The notes under the pieces are model-generated. The model made no database searches, was not told the origin of the DNA, and saw nothing but the letters and a program-made list of their open reading frames with translations. This document shows positions 1-10,229 of a stretch of 64,000 nucleotides of DNA, one piece after another. Position numbers and translations under genes: made by a program. The DNA comes from an uncultured Leptospirales bacterium (lineage in GTDB: Bacteria > Spirochaetota > UBA4802 > UBA5550), in contig CAZBFP010000007.1 of NCBI GenBank assembly GCA_964491265.1, positions 58,177 through 122,176 on the forward strand, in the 5' to 3' direction. The stretch's first letter is position 1. Each line of letters starts with the position of its first letter.

Positions 1-91
1 AGTTTTAGTTGTATCTTAGTGTTATATTCCTTTTTATCGTATTATATTTGTAAATAAAGATGTTTTCTCTAAATCTGAATAAAAAACAGGA

Positions 92-1696
92 TTGAACAAA
101 CTTATGTCTGAAGCAGAAAATAATAAACTTACATTAGTATTACAGACAGAAATGGATGCGCGCCTCCAGTCTGAAATTCAGCATCTTCTTGTTGATTTTT
201 CTTCTGTTTTTATAAATCTTCCATTTGAAAAAATTGATGAGATTACAGTGGAATCCCTTGGTAAGATGGCACAAATTGTGGGTGCTGACAGATCATATAT
301 TTTCAGGTATAATTTTGATAAAGGCATAGCTGTAAATACTCATGAGTGGTGCGCTCACGGGATAGAACCCCAGATCAAGTCGCTTCAGGCTCTCCCCCTG
401 GAGATGATTTCTCAGGGGCTGAAATGTCATACGACCGGAAAGGCACATTATATACCTGATGTATTATCTCTTCCTCATGGGCATTTGAGGAATGTGCTGG
501 AGCCGCAGGGGATAAAGAGTATGATAGCAGTCCCTATTATGATTGAAGGTGAATGTAAAGGGTGTGTCGGTTTTGATTCAGTTAATTGCCATCATCACTA
601 CTCAGAAAATGAACAGCATCTCCTTACACTTTTTGTGCAGATGCTGGTTAATGCTAATCAGCGGAGAGAGTCTGAGGAAGCTCTGCGGGAAAGCAGAGTC
701 CTTCTTAACGAAATTCAGCGTCTCAGCCATATAGGCGGGTGGGAATGGAATATTGATGAACAGTATATGACATGGACAGATGAAACCTATAGAATACATG
801 ACCTGACTCCCGGAGACCCTTCTGCGGGTTCCCCGGAGCATATTGAAAGAAGTTTAGCCTGTTACCCCGATGAATATCGGGAGAAGCTGGCAGAAGCTTT
901 TAATCGCTGTGTTAAAGATGGAATCCCCTATGATATGGAGGTCCCATTTGTAAGCATTAAAGGGAGGCCCATGTGGGTGCGTACTAAGGGTGAGGCGGTA
1001 CAACAGGGTGGTAGAATAGTAAAAATTATAGGGAATATAATTGACATCACTGAGAGGAGAGAGGCTGAAGAAAAAGTTAATGCACTTCTTCGAGAAAAGG
1101 GGATTCTGCTTAAGGAAACACATCATCGTATAAAGAATAACATGAATGCGATATATGGCCTCCTCTATCTTCAGGCGGAAAATCAGAATGATAATACATG
1201 TAAAGCGATTCTGCACGATTCCGCATGCAGGGTAAAGAGCATGATTATGCTTTATGATAAGCTTTACAGCTCGGAAAATTGTCATGAACTGGATGTGAAA
1301 AGTTATGTGCCTCCGCTGATTGATGAAATATTAAAATTATATGCTTATGCATCCCCTGTTAAAGCTGAACTTAATATCGGCAGTTTTGTTCTGAATGCCC
1401 GTATTCTCTCCCCCCTGAGTATAATTATTAATGAGCTGGTGACCAATTCAATAAAGTATGCCTTTAAAAATATTCCGGATGGTGTTATTAAATTATCTAT
1501 TTTGAAAGAGGGTGATGATCTTATGCTTACATACAGCGATAATGGAGCCGGCCTCCCGGAATCAGTAACGCTGGAAAATTCAACAGGTTTTGGTATGCAG
1601 CTTATAAGGCTGCTTGTTCAGCAGCTACATGGCCATATATCTATTGAAAGAGGTAAAGGTACAGTTTTCAGAATTACAATCCCCCTGACGCATTAA
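92..1696 (+). CDS. sensor histidine kinase (GAF/PAS sensory domains, HisKA_2-type H-box, HATPase_c)
   Basis: ORF track 534 aa; H-box HHRIKNNMNAIYGLLYL typical of HisKA_2/HWE kinases; C-terminal ATPase motifs (DNGAGLP, GFGMQLI); PAS-like segment WEWNIDEQYMTWTDETYRIH. Confidence 0.8.
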   Translation: MNKLMSEAENNKLTLVLQTEMDARLQSEIQHLLVDFSSVFINLPFEKIDEITVESLGKMAQIVGADRSYIFRYNFDKGIAVNTHEWCAHGIEPQIKSLQALPLEMISQGLKCHTTGKAHYIPDVLSLPHGHLRNVLEPQGIKSMIAVPIMIEGECKGCVGFDSVNCHHHYSENEQHLLTLFVQMLVNANQRRESEEALRESRVLLNEIQRLSHIGGWEWNIDEQYMTWTDETYRIHDLTPGDPSAGSPEHIERSLACYPDEYREKLAEAFNRCVKDGIPYDMEVPFVSIKGRPMWVRTKGEAVQQGGRIVKIIGNIIDITERREAEEKVNALLREKGILLKETHHRIKNNMNAIYGLLYLQAENQNDNTCKAILHDSACRVKSMIMLYDKLYSSENCHELDVKSYVPPLIDEILKLYAYASPVKAELNIGSFVLNARILSPLSIIINELVTNSIKYAFKNIPDGVIKLSILKEGDDLMLTYSDNGAGLPESVTLENSTGFGMQLIRLLVQQLHGHISIERGKGTVFRITIPLTH

Positions 1697-1714
1697 AAAG
1701 TATAGGAACTTCAT

Positions 1715-2575
1715 TCAGTATTTAAAAACTTCGCCAAGCTTTATCCCTTCCGCATTGACGGCGGAAAGAATATAATCGCTGTTTATTCCCGATTTCTCCC
1801 CGCTGTAAAGAATGTCGCACCATATAGTCTCAATTTCACCTGTATACCCCTCTTTATCTTTGTATGCCTCAAAAAGTACTTTTTTAACCGGTTTTCCGAA
1901 AAAGCCGGTGACCTCTCCGGAAATTATTCTCCCTTTGCGCAGGTGAAGTTTGCCGCTGTCATCAAAGTATCCGATATTATTAAAATGCTTTTTCTCTGCA
2001 GGGAGAGTCATAGCTTGAATTGAAGGGTCTGTTACTATGGTTAAATTTCCGTCACGTTCTGTTTTAATATAAAAGCCGTCATGGAGTTTAAAAACTTCAA
2101 GGAAGAGGTTATAATCGCCGTAAACAAGTGCGCCTATTTTAGTCCCCAGTTCTTTAAAGGCATCTTTATTCGCCTCGTAACATCTGCATATTTCATCAAA
2201 CTCTTCTTCAGTGAAGATTGAAGGGAAAAGGTAGTGGTACTGTGTAGAGAATTTTCCTTTACCCGGTGTGAAATCATATACCTTAATCATGTCTCTGTAT
2301 CGTTTTACAGTAGGGAGAGAGTATGTTTTCCCTGTTACAGGGAGCAGTTTTTTTGCGGTTTTATTATAGTAGTATAGATTATATACATCCTGATATGACA
2401 GCTCAACAAACTCCTGATGCATCTTCAGTACCAGACTGATGTCTGCAGTACATGGAACTTCCCTTACTGTTTTGAGCCCTGCAGCACAGCTTATAAATGA
2501 AATTACTGCAGTTAAGAGAATGCAAAATGCGGGTTTTGCAGTTAAATTTTTTTTTAAATTCAATTTTACTGTCAT
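1715..2575 (-). CDS. hypothetical lipoprotein/exported protein
   Basis: 286 aa ORF; N-terminal signal peptide with lipobox-like ISC; no recognisable catalytic motif. Confidence 0.45.
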   Translation of the reverse strand: MTVKLNLKKNLTAKPAFCILLTAVISFISCAAGLKTVREVPCTADISLVLKMHQEFVELSYQDVYNLYYYNKTAKKLLPVTGKTYSLPTVKRYRDMIKVYDFTPGKGKFSTQYHYLFPSIFTEEEFDEICRCYEANKDAFKELGTKIGALVYGDYNLFLEVFKLHDGFYIKTERDGNLTIVTDPSIQAMTLPAEKKHFNNIGYFDDSGKLHLRKGRIISGEVTGFFGKPVKKVLFEAYKDKEGYTGEIETIWCDILYSGEKSGINSDYILSAVNAEGIKLGEVFKY

Positions 2576-2876
2576 TATTCTGCTTCCGGTAAAACATAGT
2601 AAAAAGATAATATTTTATTATAGAAATTTGTAAATAATAATTCTTTATATAACATTATCCCGTAAAACTGTATTTATAGCAATAAAATTAAGAAAATCGC
2701 TTTTTTTATTTTTTTTGCTCCATTATTGGTTATAGTTGTATTAGTTGAAGCTTTTTATTATAGTCGAAATTGAATAGAGAAAGGAGGATAGGGTTCTCTT
2801 TTTCTATGGGATAATTATTTTTTTTATTCCCAGTCTGGTAATCAGCATCAATTCCCCGCTTCAGCTGGAGGGGATT

Positions 2877-4046
2877 ATGAAAAAATCATTATATTCATTC
2901 ATTGCAATTTTTTTCTGCACTTGGTCGGTTTTATCCTGTTTTAATGAAAATCAGTTTGAAAAGCTGAAGGTCTATAATGAATCGGGGAGCAGTGATTTAC
3001 CTGTATATGTAAATGTACTTGAAGTAACGCCGGCTGCGGGCGGAGTATACGTATCAGTTAATACGAATATTTCTGTTCAGTTTGATGATAATATTGAAAT
3101 GTCTACAGTTTCGTTATCCACATTTTCTGTAAACAGCGGAGCTGTATCAGGATCTTTCTTCTATAATGATCAGACAAAAACTGTTAGATTCGATCCGGAT
3201 GCTGCACTGGATTATAATACGTTCTATACTGTGACATTAACAAAAGGGATAACTAACCCTGTCGGGGAAACCCTGGCATCCGATTATTCATGGTCCTTTA
3301 CAACAATTGCATCCGCTCAGCCGAACATTGAGGTATCTTCTACGCTGGGGCTGTTAAATTCCGGAGGCACATGGGATTACGGGAGTGTTATCACAGATAA
3401 TAGCAAACCAGCAGATTTTAACATTAATAATAGCGGCAGCGATGTACTGAATATTACCGGAATGACCATTACCGGAGCAGATGCATCTCTTTTTGCAATT
3501 GATCCTCCCCTTACATTTCCACTTGTTGTTAATACGACTTTATCTGCCAGTGTAACTGCAAATTTCAGCCCCGGGGATGTGGGATTAAAAAATGCTGTTT
3601 TGACAATAGACAGCGACGATCCAAATGATCCTGAATTTATTATCTATCTTACAGGGAGAGGGCTTGATGCAGGGGCAGAGGAGCCGGAGATTCAGGTAAC
3701 ATTAAGCGGTACAGATGTTATCAGCGGCTCCACAAAAGTGAGCTTTGGAACAATACCTCTGGGAACCAGTATGGAAATTACTCTGGTTATGTCAAATATC
3801 GGGAGTGCTGACCTTACTATTTCCAGCGTTGATATTACAGGTGAAAATCCGGATAAGTTCACTACGAATTTTCTTTCATTATATTCACCTTTGCCATTTT
3901 ATATTGCACCTGGTGAAAATAAAGAATTCAAGATTACTTTTTCACCCGGTTTTGACAAAGGGATGAAACTGGCGGAAATCAAATTTGTTAACAATGATAC
4001 TAATGAGTCACCATTTATTCTTCTGGTAAGAGGAAGAGGATTCTGA
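2877..4046 (+). CDS. secreted protein with Ig-like (SbsA/Big-like) domains
   Basis: 389 aa; signal peptide; repeated Ig-like segments (VLEVTPAAGGVYVSVNTNISVQFDDNIEMSTV...); GGAGGGG RBS before ATG. Confidence 0.5.
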   Translation: MKKSLYSFIAIFFCTWSVLSCFNENQFEKLKVYNESGSSDLPVYVNVLEVTPAAGGVYVSVNTNISVQFDDNIEMSTVSLSTFSVNSGAVSGSFFYNDQTKTVRFDPDAALDYNTFYTVTLTKGITNPVGETLASDYSWSFTTIASAQPNIEVSSTLGLLNSGGTWDYGSVITDNSKPADFNINNSGSDVLNITGMTITGADASLFAIDPPLTFPLVVNTTLSASVTANFSPGDVGLKNAVLTIDSDDPNDPEFIIYLTGRGLDAGAEEPEIQVTLSGTDVISGSTKVSFGTIPLGTSMEITLVMSNIGSADLTISSVDITGENPDKFTTNFLSLYSPLPFYIAPGENKEFKITFSPGFDKGMKLAEIKFVNNDTNESPFILLVRGRGF

Positions 4047-4138
4047 AACGGTTCCGGAACTGTATTCAGCCGGATACCGGTGTCTTTATCAGCTCGCAAT
4101 AGTACTTAAAATTAATCTATAAGCTAAGGGCGGCTCTT

Positions 4139-6013
4139 ATGTCAAATGAAGCTAACCTGGGGGGGAGGAAAAAATTATTTTTCCCAATCAGTTTAAAACT
4201 GGTAACAATGATTTTCAGCATAGTCCTTGTTTCTCTCCTTTCTGTGACCATAGCAGCAACATATTTTTTCCGCAATGATAATAAAATCCGGGCCATGGAG
4301 GATACCCTCAACTACTCCACCCTTATTGCCGGGAAAGTAAATTCAGATCTAAATTCTATTCTGGAAAAAGGGAGGCTTGCAGCAATAATTCTTCAGGGGG
4401 GAAAATCTGCCGGTAATGTGAAAGGGTTTGCTGAGATGATATTTGCCAGTGATCCGGATATGATATTTGCAGGGATAATGAAAAAGGATAATCCAGGGTC
4501 ATTGCGGTTTATGCATAACAGCGGTTATTTTTTGAAAAGAGGGATTACTGCTGATTTCAACACTGTAATTAAAGCGGAATATGGGGTTATATCCAGGTCC
4601 TTTGCCGGAGAGGATATTCTTTTTAATCCTTCTTTTTATTTTAATGAACCTGTGATTGGATTATCTGTTCCCTATGACAGCAGCATAACCGGTACTGTTA
4701 TTATTATTTTCTACTCAATGGATAAAATTCTGGAGTCTATTTCCACAGGGGGTGTAATAGAAAGCTTTATCGTTTCAGGGAAGGGGGATCTGATTGCCCA
4801 CAGGGATATGGATCTTGTTAAATCTAAAACTAACTACCAGTCTATGCCTGTCATCAGGATGATGATGACAAATCCTAATCCGAATGCCCAGACCTCTTTT
4901 AAAGATGACAGCGGCGTGAGTTTTCTTGGAGCATTCAGCAGGACCCGATTTTCTGATGCTGCAGTCATATCTATGGTTAATGAAGAGACTGCCTTTGCAA
5001 TGGTTTATAAAATCCAGAAAATCGTCATTTGGCTTACCGGGATTGTTCTTTCGATCTCATTTTTAATAAATTATTTTTTTTCCCGGTCATTGAGTAATCC
5101 CATTACCAGGCTTACCCGTGCATCTGATGAAATTAAAAAGGGGCATTATGATATAGAAATCTCATCAGAATCAAGGGATGAAATAGGTATCCTTACAGAT
5201 TCTTTTCAGGATATGGCTAGAGGACTTGCTGAAAGGGAGAATATAAAAACGGCCTTTGGTAAATTCGTCAATAAGCAGATTGCAGAACTGGTTATGAAAG
5301 GGGAGGTGAAGCTTGGAGGTGAGAAGAAAGATGTGGTGGTTTTATTTTCCGATATCCGGTCATTTACTGAAATGGCTGAAACAATGGAACCTGAAGAGGT
5401 AGTGGAATTTCTGAATCAGTATATGACACGCATGGTGCGCTGTATAACCAAAAGTAAAGGGTTTGTGGATAAATATATTGGTGACGCAATTATGGCAGTC
5501 TGGGGAGCCCCTGTGAGTACAGGTAATGACGCATTTTATGCAATTAATGCAGCACTTATGATGAGACAGGAATTATCTGATTTTAACAGGGAAAGATTTG
5601 AGAAAGGTAAAAATCATGTTCATATCGGCTGCGGAATTCATTGCGGCCCTGTTCTTTCCGGACAGATAGGATCAGAGGACAGGATGGAATATACTGTTAT
5701 TGGTGATACAGTAAATATTGCATCACGTATAGAAGCATTAAATAAAGCCTTTGCAACAGATATACTTATAACAGAGGAGACCGCCCGCAGGGTCACAGGT
5801 ATTTTCAGACTTGAACCGATGCAGATGATTAAGGTTAAAGGGAAAAGTGATCCGATGCAGATCTACGCGGTTCTGGGGCGTAAGGCCGATCATGATACAC
5901 CTGGAAATACAATAGAACTTAGAAAACTGATAGGAACAGAGGGATTCCTGAAACAGAAAGGGGGTAATTTTACCGCTCCGGTTAAAGAGGAGAAATATGA
6001 AGTCCTGGACTAG
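4139..6013 (+). CDS. adenylate/guanylate cyclase with periplasmic Cache-like sensor, HAMP and class III cyclase domain
   Basis: 624 aa; two TM segments flanking a periplasmic domain; HAMP; cyclase motifs FSDIRSFTEMAE, YIGDAIMAVWGAP, TVIGDTVNIASRIE. Confidence 0.85.
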   Translation: MSNEANLGGRKKLFFPISLKLVTMIFSIVLVSLLSVTIAATYFFRNDNKIRAMEDTLNYSTLIAGKVNSDLNSILEKGRLAAIILQGGKSAGNVKGFAEMIFASDPDMIFAGIMKKDNPGSLRFMHNSGYFLKRGITADFNTVIKAEYGVISRSFAGEDILFNPSFYFNEPVIGLSVPYDSSITGTVIIIFYSMDKILESISTGGVIESFIVSGKGDLIAHRDMDLVKSKTNYQSMPVIRMMMTNPNPNAQTSFKDDSGVSFLGAFSRTRFSDAAVISMVNEETAFAMVYKIQKIVIWLTGIVLSISFLINYFFSRSLSNPITRLTRASDEIKKGHYDIEISSESRDEIGILTDSFQDMARGLAERENIKTAFGKFVNKQIAELVMKGEVKLGGEKKDVVVLFSDIRSFTEMAETMEPEEVVEFLNQYMTRMVRCITKSKGFVDKYIGDAIMAVWGAPVSTGNDAFYAINAALMMRQELSDFNRERFEKGKNHVHIGCGIHCGPVLSGQIGSEDRMEYTVIGDTVNIASRIEALNKAFATDILITEETARRVTGIFRLEPMQMIKVKGKSDPMQIYAVLGRKADHDTPGNTIELRKLIGTEGFLKQKGGNFTAPVKEEKYEVLD

Positions 6014-8069
6014 CATAGTTCTTGTTCTGAGTCTTTCCCTGGCCGGATTCAGTTCTTATTTTCTCTACAGGGAGCTGACATCCCGTATTGAAAAAACAGG
6101 TGAGGATGCAATCGGGACAATTACTTTTAAAAAGAGAAGTGCTTCACGAAGATATAATGATACAATTGTATGGGAGGAGATTGAAGAGGAGTCGGAAATA
6201 TACAACTATGACGCTATCCGTACACTCGATTATTCTGCTGCAGTAATAAACCTGAAAAACGGCACAGCCATTGAACTTGCTGAAAATACAATGCTCATTG
6301 TTGTTCTTGATGACACCGGTGTGAATATTAATTTTGACCGTGGGGGGATTTCTGCGAGAACAGGCGCAGGCGATCAGGGGCTGGTAAGGCTTAATTCCAG
6401 CGATGCTTCAATATCTTTCACCGGAGGGGATATTTCTCTAAACAGAGGGGATTCAGGTATGGATATTCAGGTGAATTCAGGTAATGCTGAAGTTTCAGCA
6501 TCTGGTGAAAATATTGATCTTTCATCTGACACGGTTTTTTCCCTGAGAAATGGTAAAACAGAATTCAGGGAGGGGCGGCTTATACCGCTCTTTCCGAAAA
6601 ATAATGGAGTGATTGTAACTTTTGGCTCCAGGGCTCTCTTCGATTTGTCCTGGGAAAGCGATATGGAGGGTGACATTAAGATTGAATTATCACGTAACAG
6701 TTCCTTTTCTCCGGTATTGACCTCGTATAATACAAAAAGCAGAAATGTAAGAGTAAGCCAGGGTGAAGGGAACTATTACTGGAGACTTGTTAAAGGGGAT
6801 GTAACAAGTATACCCGCCCGGTTTTCTGTTGCTGCAGACAGAAGGCCGAAGCTTCTTGCACCGCAGAACAACCGGAAAGTTGCAATGATAGAGGGATCGG
6901 ATATGGTTTCATTTCGCTGGGAAAAGAGTGATCTGGCCTCATCGTATGAAGTAACAGTGGCTTCAGACAGTCAAATGACAGATATTGTTCTGAAGCTTGC
7001 TTCAAGAGTGAATTCCATATCAACAGATCAGCTTAAGCCTGGACAATACTACTGGAAAGTAAGGAGCATCTATCCTGAGCAGGTTGCTGCTGAAGGGGCC
7101 GAGTCTTCTCAGGGGAGGTTTACTCTTGAACGAAGCGTCTTCGCCCTGGCAAAGCCTGTACCTCTTAATCAGGGGGCGGTAACTACAGCAGGGCCGTTCC
7201 GGTTAGGCTGGACCGGTGTTCCCGGAGGGAAGTCGTACCGTATCGAAATATCTTCAGATAAAGATTTCCGGAATATTATTACTTCTGCTGAGTCGGATAA
7301 AACATTCATTCACATTAATGAAGTTCTATCTCCAGGCAGATATTACTGGAGAGTAGGGGCGTTTAGGGGTGACCTTGTTTCTGCTTTCTCTGATACTGCG
7401 GTTCAGGAGATAATAAATCCGCTTGATATTATCCCGCTTTCTCCGGCTGCCGGAGCTGTAATTGTCCCCGGTATAGAAAGTATAAGATTTGCCTGGAGAG
7501 ATCCCAACAGGGGCGGGAAATATCTCTTCGAATTATCTGAAGACAGGGATTTTGTTCCAAAGAAAATTGTCCGGGAGGCGGACTTACCCTCTGCGGATGT
7601 AAAAAATCCGGGGCCCGGTGTTTATTTCTGGAGAGTAATACTGCAGGGGGAAGGGGGTAAATTCCTGGCAGGGAGTCCTGTGCAGAATTTTTCTGTGCCG
7701 CGTATACTTACAGCTCCTCAGCCCCTTTCTCCTGACAATAATGAAAAGGTGATGCCCCTTGTAAAAAGGAAGCTCAGGTTTGAATGGGTAAGGTCAGCAG
7801 AGGCTGATGAATATGAGGTGGAAATTTTCCAGCGCATTGCCGGTGCTGAAAGGTCATTAAGTATTTTTTCATCTAAAGCCGGGTATCTTGAAATAACCAA
7901 TGTGTCAATATTCGGCCCCGGCAATTACAGCTGGGTAGTAAGGGCGAAAAAACTGAGCAGGGGGAGGATTACAGGTTATGTTGAGTCTGAAAGATTTTTC
8001 TTCGAAGTCCGGGAACCGGATATTCTTCCTCCGCCTGTAGTGAAAAAACCAGAAATTATTTTTTATTAG
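5997..8069 (+). CDS. FecR-like domain protein with multiple Fn3/Ig-like repeats (exported)
   Basis: 690 aa; N-terminal TM/signal; FecR-like beta-rich segment; repeated ~90-aa modules with YYWRV/YFWRV motifs; overlaps cyclase stop (operon). Confidence 0.5.
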   Translation: MKSWTSIVLVLSLSLAGFSSYFLYRELTSRIEKTGEDAIGTITFKKRSASRRYNDTIVWEEIEEESEIYNYDAIRTLDYSAAVINLKNGTAIELAENTMLIVVLDDTGVNINFDRGGISARTGAGDQGLVRLNSSDASISFTGGDISLNRGDSGMDIQVNSGNAEVSASGENIDLSSDTVFSLRNGKTEFREGRLIPLFPKNNGVIVTFGSRALFDLSWESDMEGDIKIELSRNSSFSPVLTSYNTKSRNVRVSQGEGNYYWRLVKGDVTSIPARFSVAADRRPKLLAPQNNRKVAMIEGSDMVSFRWEKSDLASSYEVTVASDSQMTDIVLKLASRVNSISTDQLKPGQYYWKVRSIYPEQVAAEGAESSQGRFTLERSVFALAKPVPLNQGAVTTAGPFRLGWTGVPGGKSYRIEISSDKDFRNIITSAESDKTFIHINEVLSPGRYYWRVGAFRGDLVSAFSDTAVQEIINPLDIIPLSPAAGAVIVPGIESIRFAWRDPNRGGKYLFELSEDRDFVPKKIVREADLPSADVKNPGPGVYFWRVILQGEGGKFLAGSPVQNFSVPRILTAPQPLSPDNNEKVMPLVKRKLRFEWVRSAEADEYEVEIFQRIAGAERSLSIFSSKAGYLEITNVSIFGPGNYSWVVRAKKLSRGRITGYVESERFFFEVREPDILPPPVVKKPEIIFY

Positions 8070-8080
8070 GCGGCCGAAGA

Positions 8081-9154
8081 ATGAGATCGTGCTCATTAAT
8101 TATATTATTAGTTGTTATTACAACGCTCACATGGGCTGATTCCAGGCGCAGACTTACCTGGGAACCTGTATCCGGAGCCGGGGGATACTATCTGCAAATC
8201 AGGGATTCGGCAGGTATAATTATTTCTGAAGTTACTGTTAAAGAAAATTTTCATGAAATTACTGATCTTCAGTCAGGGAATTATTCATTCAGAGTTGCCA
8301 CTGTTAATCTGCTGAATCAGAAGGGGGAGAGTTCCCCCTGGATAAATTTCACTATTGAAAAACTAATTGTTCCTGAAGTGCATTCAGCTTCAATTCGGCA
8401 GCTTGTTGCTTCTGCAATAAGCAGAGATATTGTAGTAAAGGGTAATAATTTTAACAGATCAAGCAGGTTCTTTCTGCGGAGTTCCGGCGGTGATATCCCG
8501 GTAACGGCTGTAAATGTCAAATCGGAGAGAGAGGTTTATCTGGCTATTAAGACTGATGCGGGAATGGCCGGTTTATATGACCTGGTAGTGGTAAACAGAG
8601 GGGGAGCAGAAGCTGTATTATCGAAAGCCTTCAGGGTAGTGGAGAAAAAAGTCATTGAACAGAATTTTTTTCTGGCAGTTGCATATTCGGTTAATGTCCC
8701 AATCGGTGCATGGAGCGAATATTTCTCACCTTCCTTTACCGGAGCTTCATTATATTTTCAGATCCCCTTTTTTTTATCAGGCTCTGCGCAGTATTATTTT
8801 GAAACAGAACTTGATGTAGTGAGGTATAATATTACAGGGTCAACAACGGCGAGTTCATTCACCTTTATCTCCTCAGGTGCGGGCATTTCTTTTTACTATT
8901 TATTAAAGAATCCTGTTCATGTATTTGTAAAAGTTCTGGCTGGCCCGGTTTATAATATGATTGAAATGGAGGGAGGCAGCATTGAGAAGAGGAGTAGTTC
9001 TGTTGATCTTTATGCTTCTGCAGGTGCGGGCGTACGATATTTCCTAACAGATAATTTTTTTCTGGAACCTGCATTTTACTGGAGAACCGTTTTTATGGCA
9101 GAGGAGTTTTTGCATCATTCAGAAATTTCTTTATATGCGGGTGTGAGGTTCTGA
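8081..9154 (+). CDS. putative outer-membrane beta-barrel protein with N-terminal Fn3-like domain
   Basis: 357 aa; signal peptide; Fn3-like N-terminus; C-terminal alternating amphipathic strands ending in aromatic F (LYAGVRF). Confidence 0.45.
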   Translation: MRSCSLIILLVVITTLTWADSRRRLTWEPVSGAGGYYLQIRDSAGIIISEVTVKENFHEITDLQSGNYSFRVATVNLLNQKGESSPWINFTIEKLIVPEVHSASIRQLVASAISRDIVVKGNNFNRSSRFFLRSSGGDIPVTAVNVKSEREVYLAIKTDAGMAGLYDLVVVNRGGAEAVLSKAFRVVEKKVIEQNFFLAVAYSVNVPIGAWSEYFSPSFTGASLYFQIPFFLSGSAQYYFETELDVVRYNITGSTTASSFTFISSGAGISFYYLLKNPVHVFVKVLAGPVYNMIEMEGGSIEKRSSSVDLYASAGAGVRYFLTDNFFLEPAFYWRTVFMAEEFLHHSEISLYAGVRF

Positions 9155-9367
9155 TGAGCATCAGCAGTGGGGTGGTGCAGGAACCATCAATTTTTTTTAT
9201 TAATAATACACCATATTCCGGTTTTTAAAGTGACCGGAAAAACCATAACTGATACTATGCCTTATAATATGGGTTTTGCCATGTTATAAATAAAACTGCA
9301 TATTTTTTAAGGGGAGACAATATTGTGACTTAGAGGGGATTGCGGTAAAAATAACGAGGGAACATAT

Positions 9368-10219
9368 ATGGATCAAAACGATTTACAGAAAACAAAAGAG
9401 ATGATGGAGGATTTTTTAAAAAATCCTCAGATGAAAATGATGGTTATTATTGGAGCTCTGCTGATTGCACTTCTAATGCTTAAGCCCTGGGCTCAGATTG
9501 GAGCTGGTGAAAGAGGGGTTGTTTTGAATTTTGGTGCGGTTAAAGAGACTGTGCTTAATGAAGGGCTCCATTTCCGGGTTCCGGTGCAGCAGCAGATAAT
9601 TATTCTTGATGTTAAGGTGCAGAAGGCTACAAGTATAGCTCCGGCCGCTTCAAAGGATCTGCAGGATGTCTCATCAGAAGTGGTATTAAATTTTCATATA
9701 ATACCTGATAGGGCTAATAAACTGTATCAGAGTCTGGGTATTCATTTTAAGGAGAGAATTATTGATCCGGCGATTCAGGAGGTAGTTAAGGCTGTTACTG
9801 CTGAGTATACTGCAGAGGAGCTGATTACAAAGCGGCCTGCAGTAAGTGAGTCAATGAGGGTTAATCTTCAGCAGAGGCTTCTCCCTCATGATATAGCTGT
9901 TGATGCTTTTTCAATTGTCTCTTTCAGTTTCTCTCCGGTCTTCACTGAGGCGATTGAAGCGAAACAGACTGCTGAGCAGCATGCTCTTAAGGCTGCCAGA
10001 GATCTTGACAGAATTAAAATCGAAGCAGAGCAGAAGATTACTGCAGCAAGGGCTGAGGCTGAATCTCTGCGTCTCCAGAGAGCAAATATTTCAAGGGATC
10101 TTCTTGAGCTTCGAAAGATTGAGGCTAACCTGAAAGCTATTGAAAAATGGAACGGTGTATTGCCTAATGTTAACAGCGGTGCAATGCCTTTTATTGATGT
10201 ATCCAATTTCAGTAAATAA
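9368..10219 (+). CDS. SPFH/band-7 (prohibitin/HflC-like) family protein
   Basis: 283 aa; N-terminal TM; SPFH core GERGVVLNFGAVKETVLNEGLHFRVPVQQQIIILDVKVQ; C-terminal coiled coil. Confidence 0.8.
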   Translation: MDQNDLQKTKEMMEDFLKNPQMKMMVIIGALLIALLMLKPWAQIGAGERGVVLNFGAVKETVLNEGLHFRVPVQQQIIILDVKVQKATSIAPAASKDLQDVSSEVVLNFHIIPDRANKLYQSLGIHFKERIIDPAIQEVVKAVTAEYTAEELITKRPAVSESMRVNLQQRLLPHDIAVDAFSIVSFSFSPVFTEAIEAKQTAEQHALKAARDLDRIKIEAEQKITAARAEAESLRLQRANISRDLLELRKIEANLKAIEKWNGVLPNVNSGAMPFIDVSNFSK

Positions 10220-10229
10220 ACCTGTTCGT

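Noticed and set aside
9155-9367. Possible structured RNA or hairpin in the intergenic region before the SPFH gene
   Set aside because: The candidate stems (CCGGTTTTT…GACCGGAAAAACC) are not actually complementary on inspection.
9886-10206. 106-aa minus-strand ORF and a 77-aa + ORF inside or overlapping the SPFH gene
   Set aside because: They overlap the coiled-coil tail of the SPFH gene. They have no RBS or motifs.
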